DNA of 21,544 nt from contig JBAXKC010000043.1 of assembly GCA_037137535.1 (NCBI GenBank), positions 1 through 21,544 on the forward strand, in the 5' to 3' direction. The position numbers were made by a program, and so were the translations under genes. This DNA comes from a bacterium. GTDB lineage: Bacteria; Cyanobacteriota; Vampirovibrionia; Gastranaerophilales; JBAXKC01. Positions 17,401 through 21,544 of the stretch are shown here, one piece after another; position 1 is the first letter of the stretch, and every line of letters starts with the position of its first letter. The notes below the pieces were generated by a model that was not told where the DNA came from, did not search any database, and was given only the letters and a program-made list of their open reading frames with translations.

Positions 17401-20400
17401 CTTATGATGCTATAGTTGTAACAAAAACAGCTGAATTAGCCGCTGCCGTAGCGGCAGATAATACAGCTGATGCACTGGTTATAACAAGAAACTCTCAATT
17501 AGCAACTGCAAATACAGCATTAACAACAGCAAATGCCTTAGTAACAAGTAAAACTAATGCTTTGAATATGGCTATATCAATAGATAATGTAACTGATGCT
17601 TCAGTTATAACAAGAGCTAATGAATTAAATACCGCTACAACTGCATATAATACAGCAACTGCTTTAGTTACAACAAAAACAAATGAATTAACTACTGCCA
17701 CATCAGCAGATGATGCTGCAGATGCTCTAGTCGCTACTGACTTAACTGCCAAAAATGCTGCTATATCAGCAGATAATGCAGCTGATGCTTTAGTTACAAC
17801 AAGAAATAATGAATTAAGCGCAGCTACAACAGCAGATACAACAGCTGATGATTTAGTCGCAACAAGAACAAGTGAGTTAAATACTGCTACAACAGCAGAT
17901 ACAACAGCTGATAACTTAGTAACCACAAGAACTACAGAATTAGCGACAGCCACAACAAATGATCAAAATGCTGACGCTTTAGTTGTTTCAACATTAGCTA
18001 CAAAAGTAAGTGCTACCAATGCCGATAATACAGCTGATGGTATAGAATCATCAACAAATGCAACATTAATAAGCGCTACTGCTGCAGATAATGCAGCTGA
18101 TACTCTGGTAACAACAAGAACCAACGCAGTAAACGCTACAATCTCACCGGAAGCTATAGCCGCAGGTGAAGCGCTAAATTCAGCAATCAATGCCGCTGCA
18201 ATAACTCAAACTGCAAAGAATACAGCAACAACAGCATTAGCAACGGCAATTTCAAATGCGACAGCTACTGAAGCTGCTAAAATTAATGCTACAACTGCTC
18301 GTGATGCAGCTGTTACAGCTGCGGCATTAACTGAAACAGCAAAAAATGATGCGGATACAGAATGGAATAATGCAGTTTCAGCAGCTGTAATAACTCAAAC
18401 GGCAAAAGACAATGCTACAACTGATTTAGCAACCGCAACTAATGCCGCAGCCGCTACTCAATCTATAAAAGATACGGCAGTAACTGCACTTGCAAATGCT
18501 GAATCTGCAGCTGCTATAACTCAAACAGCTAAAGATAATGCTACATCAGCACTTACATCAGCAACAAATAATGCTGCTATAACTCAAACAGCAAGAGATA
18601 ATGCCATAGCTGCTTATAATAGTGCTGTATCAGCAGCAGCTACAACCCAAACTGCCAAAGATAACGCTACAACTGCTTATAATAATGCTGTTTCATCAGC
18701 AGCTATTACTCAAACAGCTAAAGATGCAGCCAGTTCAGAGCTGGCAACCGCAGTATCAGCTGCTATTGTAACTCAAACCGCTAAAGATGCGGCAGTTGCT
18801 GCATTGGCAAGTGCAAATACTAGCGCAGCAGCAACTGAAACTGCTAAAATAGCTGCAAATACAGCATTAACAACAGCAAATACTAATGCCGCAGCAACGG
18901 AAACCGCAAAAAACAATGCAATAACGGCTTATAATAATGCTGTCACTGCTGCTGCAGTTACAGAAACAAATAAAACAAATGCAAGTTCAGATTTAGATGC
19001 TGCAGTTGCGGCAGCGGCTACTACTCAAGCAACTAAGGACGCAGCCAGTACTGCTCTTAGTTCTGCAGTTACAGCAGCAGCTGCTACTCAAGCTACAAAA
19101 AATACTGCAACTTCTGAATTAACCGCCGCTACAAATGCGGCTCTTGAAACTCAAGATGCTAAAGATGCTGCAACATCAGCATGGAATGATGCAGTCTCCT
19201 TTGCCGCATTTACACAAACCTCAGTAGATGATGCAACAATAGCATTAAATAGTGCAAATACTGCAGCGTCAGATGCAGCAGCTGCATTAGTAGGTCATGA
19301 ATCTGATGCGGGGCTTATTGCCGCAAAAGCAGCAGCTGATGATCTTGTTATTTCTGCAACAGCTGATCTTACAAATGCTACAACAATAGATACTTTTATG
19401 GATTCATTGGTTTCTACAACAGCATCAGATTTAACAGCGGCAACAAATGCTGATGATGCGGCGGATGCTTTAGTTTTAACAAAAACTACTGCATTAACTA
19501 ATGCCACAAATGCTGATGATACTGCGCAGGCTTTAGTTGCAACAAGAACAACCGCTTTAACTAATGCTACAAATGCAGATAATACTGCAGATGCTTTGGT
19601 GGTAACAAGAACAACCGCTTTAACCAATGCTACAAATGCAGATAATACTGCTAATGCCTTGGTTACCTCAACATTAGCCGCTAAAAATGCTGCAATAACC
19701 GCAGATAATACTGCTGATGCTTTAGTTGTTACAAGAACAAATGAATTAACTGCGGCAACAACAGCAGATACAACAGCTGATAACTTAGTCACAACAAGAA
19801 CTACTGAATTAGCTACTGCAACAACAGCAGATAATACAGCCGATGCTTTAGTGGTAACTAAAACCACTGCTTTAAATAATGCAACTAATTCTAACAACGT
19901 ATTAGAGGGTTTAGTTTCAGCAAGAGCTGCTGACTTAGCAACTGCGACAACTAATGATAATAATGCGGATGCGTTAGTTGCCTCTAGGTTAGCCACAAAA
20001 AATACGGCAATATCAACAGACGATATTGCAGATGCATTAGTTACAACAAGAACCTCTGAATTGACAACTGCGACAAATAATGATAATACAGCAGATGCTT
20101 TGGTTACAACAAGAACTAATGAATTGGCAACGGCCACAACTAACGATAATATTGCAGATGCGTTAGTTACAACAAGAACAAATGAATTAGCTACTGCCAC
20201 AACTGCGGATAATACAGCAGATGCTCTAGTTGCAACTAAATTAGGACTATTAAATGCTGCTATTAGTGCTGATGATACAGCAGATGCCTTGGTTGTAACT
20301 CGAAATAATCAACTGACTACAGCTACAAATACTGATAATACAGCAGATGCGTTGGTTGTAACTCGAAATAATCAACTGACAGATGCTACAAGTGCCGATG

Positions 20401-21544
20401 ATGTAGCAGATGCCTTGGTTGTAACAAGAACAAACGAATTTACTGCATTGACAACAGGAGGAGGACTTGCAAGCGCTGAAACCGCAATAGCAACTGCCGA
20501 AACGGCATTAGTAAATGCCCAAACAGCTGCAACTACAGCTGCAGACGCACTTGCAAATAATGCTGATGTAAATGCATTGATTGCCGCAAAAGCTACAGCA
20601 GATACATTAGTTGTAACAACAACAACAGCATTTAATAATGCTCAAACAGCAGATACAACAGCTGATAATTTAGTCACAACAAGAACAAATGAATTAGCTA
20701 CTGCAACAACAGCAGATAATACAGCTGATGCTTTAGTTTCATCAACAACTGCTACATTTGATGCAGCAGTAACAGCCGATACAACAGCAGATAACTTAGT
20801 CACCACAAGAACAAATGAATTAGCTACTGCAACAGCAGACGATACAACCGCAGATAACTTAGTCACCACAAGAACAAGTGAATTAGCTACTGCAACAACA
20901 GCAGATAATATAGCAGATGCTTTAGTTACAACAAGAACAAATGAATTAGCTACTGCGACAACCGCAGATAATATAGCAGATGCTTTAGTCACAACAAGAA
21001 CAAATGAATTAGCAACTGCGACAACAGCCGATAATACAGCTGATGCTTTAGTTTCATCAACAACGGCTACCTTTGATGCAGCAGTAACAGCAGATACAGC
21101 AGCAGATGACTTAGTCGCAACAAGAACAAGTGAATTAAATGCTGCGACAACAGCAGATACAACAGCAGATAATTTAGTCACAACAAGAACAAATGAATTA
21201 GCTACTGCGACAACAGCGGATACAACAGCAGATAATTTAGTCACAACAAGAACAAATGAATTAGCTGCGGCAACAACAGCCGATACAACAGCTGATAATT
21301 TAGTTACAACAAAAACTAATGAATTAGCCGCAGCTACAACCGCAGATACAGCCGCAGATAATTTAGTTTCATCAACAACTGCTACATTTGATGCTGCATT
21401 AACCGCAGATACAAGCGCAGATGATCTAGTTTCATCAACAACTGCTACATTTGATGCTGCATTAACCGCAGATACAACCGCAGATGATCTAGTAACAACA
21501 AGAACGACTGAACTAGCTACGGCTACAACTAATGATCAAAATGC
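14469..21544 (+). CDS. Giant Ala/Thr-rich 21-aa-repeat coiled-coil protein, at least 2358 aa, 3' end outside the window (absent from the ORF track)
   Basis: AGGAG at 14457-14461 and ATG at 14469. Manual translation stays open in one frame from MPVNLYENENPSVYKYTYEY to ...ATATTNDQNA at the window end. It was probably omitted from the track because it has no stop codon. No signal peptide. Confidence 0.95.
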   Translation, partial: MPVNLYENENPSVYKYTYEYGRFNELLSEKEYSLDGSTLISESKYTYNYNADNTLVLVEAHKDIYNDDIKTAVIKYEYNESGDAVTKESYFNCDPKLGLLPTYIKHLDENGNVISSEYLSNRFDENGNIISSTMYDNLELLANSELMGNVKDIATAGLAAAVSAEDLTHTALENATTAKNNAIATAAATQTALENATTAKSEAIAEAATTQTALENATSALATATSNATATETAKINATTARTNAIEAAAITQTALDNATTAKTNAIAAASVTQTALDNASSALATAIANATATETAKNNATTARTNAIAAAAITQTALDNATSALTSATSNATTTQTALDSATTDKNNAIAAAAVTQTALENAATVKNNAIAAAAVTQITLENAASALATAIANATATETAKTNANTARDNAIADAAITQTALDNATSALATATSNATATETAKINATTAKINAISAAAITQTALDNATTDKTNAITAAAVTQTALDNATSALATATSNATATETAKTNATTARTNAIAAAAVTQTALDNAVSALATATSDATATETAKINATTARTNAIAAAAVTQTALDNAITAKNNAIADAAVTQTALDNATSALASAVTNAGTTQTALDNATTAKSNAITAAATAALALTNDATNISLIAAKQAADALVVTKTNELDALRTPEYLAALALKEEAVAAAVITNNALVAATSAHDAAVAAAAATQTALNNATTTWGNAVTAAALTETAKINAATALSDAVTAAGITETAKTNATTALSDAVTAAGITETIKTNATTARDTAVTAAALTETAKTNAVNVWNDAVAAAVATQTAKDNAVTALSTANTNAATALTAMNNATTLLNNAIAAANNTEASKVAATNAKVTAVANAATALAAKNAATTAKADAVAAAVITQNAVNTATTAKSDAEAAAALTQADVDVASLAWNNAVTGAATAASNLADDPSNVTLQTAKDNADALVVSTLATLTNATTIDDAYDAIVVTKTAELAAAVAADNTADALVITRNSQLATANTALTTANALVTSKTNALNMAISIDNVTDASVITRANELNTATTAYNTATALVTTKTNELTTATSADDAADALVATDLTAKNAAISADNAADALVTTRNNELSAATTADTTADDLVATRTSELNTATTADTTADNLVTTRTTELATATTNDQNADALVVSTLATKVSATNADNTADGIESSTNATLISATAADNAADTLVTTRTNAVNATISPEAIAAGEALNSAINAAAITQTAKNTATTALATAISNATATEAAKINATTARDAAVTAAALTETAKNDADTEWNNAVSAAVITQTAKDNATTDLATATNAAAATQSIKDTAVTALANAESAAAITQTAKDNATSALTSATNNAAITQTARDNAIAAYNSAVSAAATTQTAKDNATTAYNNAVSSAAITQTAKDAASSELATAVSAAIVTQTAKDAAVAALASANTSAAATETAKIAANTALTTANTNAAATETAKNNAITAYNNAVTAAAVTETNKTNASSDLDAAVAAAATTQATKDAASTALSSAVTAAAATQATKNTATSELTAATNAALETQDAKDAATSAWNDAVSFAAFTQTSVDDATIALNSANTAASDAAAALVGHESDAGLIAAKAAADDLVISATADLTNATTIDTFMDSLVSTTASDLTAATNADDAADALVLTKTTALTNATNADDTAQALVATRTTALTNATNADNTADALVVTRTTALTNATNADNTANALVTSTLAAKNAAITADNTADALVVTRTNELTAATTADTTADNLVTTRTTELATATTADNTADALVVTKTTALNNATNSNNVLEGLVSARAADLATATTNDNNADALVASRLATKNTAISTDDIADALVTTRTSELTTATNNDNTADALVTTRTNELATATTNDNIADALVTTRTNELATATTADNTADALVATKLGLLNAAISADDTADALVVTRNNQLTTATNTDNTADALVVTRNNQLTDATSADDVADALVVTRTNEFTALTTGGGLASAETAIATAETALVNAQTAATTAADALANNADVNALIAAKATADTLVVTTTTAFNNAQTADTTADNLVTTRTNELATATTADNTADALVSSTTATFDAAVTADTTADNLVTTRTNELATATADDTTADNLVTTRTSELATATTADNIADALVTTRTNELATATTADNIADALVTTRTNELATATTADNTADALVSSTTATFDAAVTADTAADDLVATRTSELNAATTADTTADNLVTTRTNELATATTADTTADNLVTTRTNELAAATTADTTADNLVTTKTNELAAATTADTAADNLVSSTTATFDAALTADTSADDLVSSTTATFDAALTADTTADDLVTTRTTELATATTNDQN
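14970..16355 (+). repeat. Block A1: 22 x 63-bp type-A repeats (T[QE]TA[LK]xNATTA[KRL]xxAIAAAAx)
   Basis: Exact 63-bp period. Three subtypes: a = TQTAL..K, b = TQTAL..SALATA, c = TETAK..R. Order is a a b c a b c b a a b c b c a b c b c a b a. Confidence 0.92.
16467..18146 (+). repeat. Internal module 1: about 13 type-A repeats (16467-17279), turn (17280-17339), about 13 type-B repeats ADxLVxTRTNELxxATTADxx (17340-18146)
   Basis: Manual translation and unit counting. Bounded by TPE (Pro 16467) and SPE (Pro 18147). Confidence 0.9.
18147..20456 (+). repeat. Internal module 2: about 18 type-A repeats (18147-19274), turn (19275-19334), about 18 type-B repeats (19335-20456)
   Basis: Manual translation and unit counting. 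Ends at a GGG linker (20457-20465). Confidence 0.9.
20598..21544 (+). repeat. Block B4: at least 15 x 63-bp type-B repeats, continuing beyond the window
   Basis: ADNLVTTRTNELATATTADTT-type units, with Phe variants (mostly VSSTTATFDAA) at units 1, 3, 8, 13 and 14. Confidence 0.92.

Noticed and set aside
16467-20456. DNA-level inverted repeats or an invertible segment as the cause of the mirror symmetry
   Set aside because: A and B units are both read on the + strand and are not reverse complements of each other. The symmetry is in unit order and amino-acid variants only.
14972-21244. Minus-strand Ala/Val-rich ORFs (14972-15817, 16589-16903, 16904-17155, 17495-17953, 17963-18190, 19295-20200, 20642-21244, 16927-17115) and the + ORF 15115-15300
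   Set aside because: These are shadow frames of the GCN/ACN-rich giant + strand gene. They are fragmented by stops, while the + frame is uninterrupted and has an RBS.
14970-21544. 63-bp periodic array as a CRISPR array or non-coding satellite
   Set aside because: There is no constant-repeat/unique-spacer alternation, variation is concentrated at third codon positions, the frame is preserved, and no cas genes are present.
14469-21544. Phage tape-measure or tail-fibre gene, or RHS toxin
   Set aside because: No phage or secretion-system genes are in the window, and the YD-like part is only about 135 aa. This cannot be fully excluded without the downstream sequence.

Overview
AT-rich bacterial window, probably from a motile diderm; the lineage cannot be fixed from sequence alone. 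Positions 151-12541 carry seven minus-strand genes. In coordinate order they encode a methyl-accepting chemotaxis protein (dCache-like sensor), an orphan ABC-type substrate-binding protein, a DUF2339-like membrane protein, an MFS + acyltransferase + acyl-CoA/ACP synthetase triple fusion, an alpha/beta hydrolase, a secreted hypothetical protein and a MarR regulator. An aldo/keto reductase (12669-14153, +) is divergent from marR. The ORF track misses the largest gene, a + strand ORF from ATG 14469 that runs off the window end without a stop (at least 2358 aa). It has a short YD-like N-terminal domain, then two kinds of 21-aa (63-bp) repeat, A and B, in alternating blocks joined by four 20-aa turn motifs. 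Copy numbers and variant residues in A blocks are mirrored in exact register by B blocks, in two internal hairpins and also between the outermost blocks. This suggests a branched, nested antiparallel coiled-coil protein, analogous to an RNA multi-branch loop. Separately, the chemoreceptor carries its sensor between two matched runs of seven 15-residue repeats, suggesting a stalk of about 15 nm.
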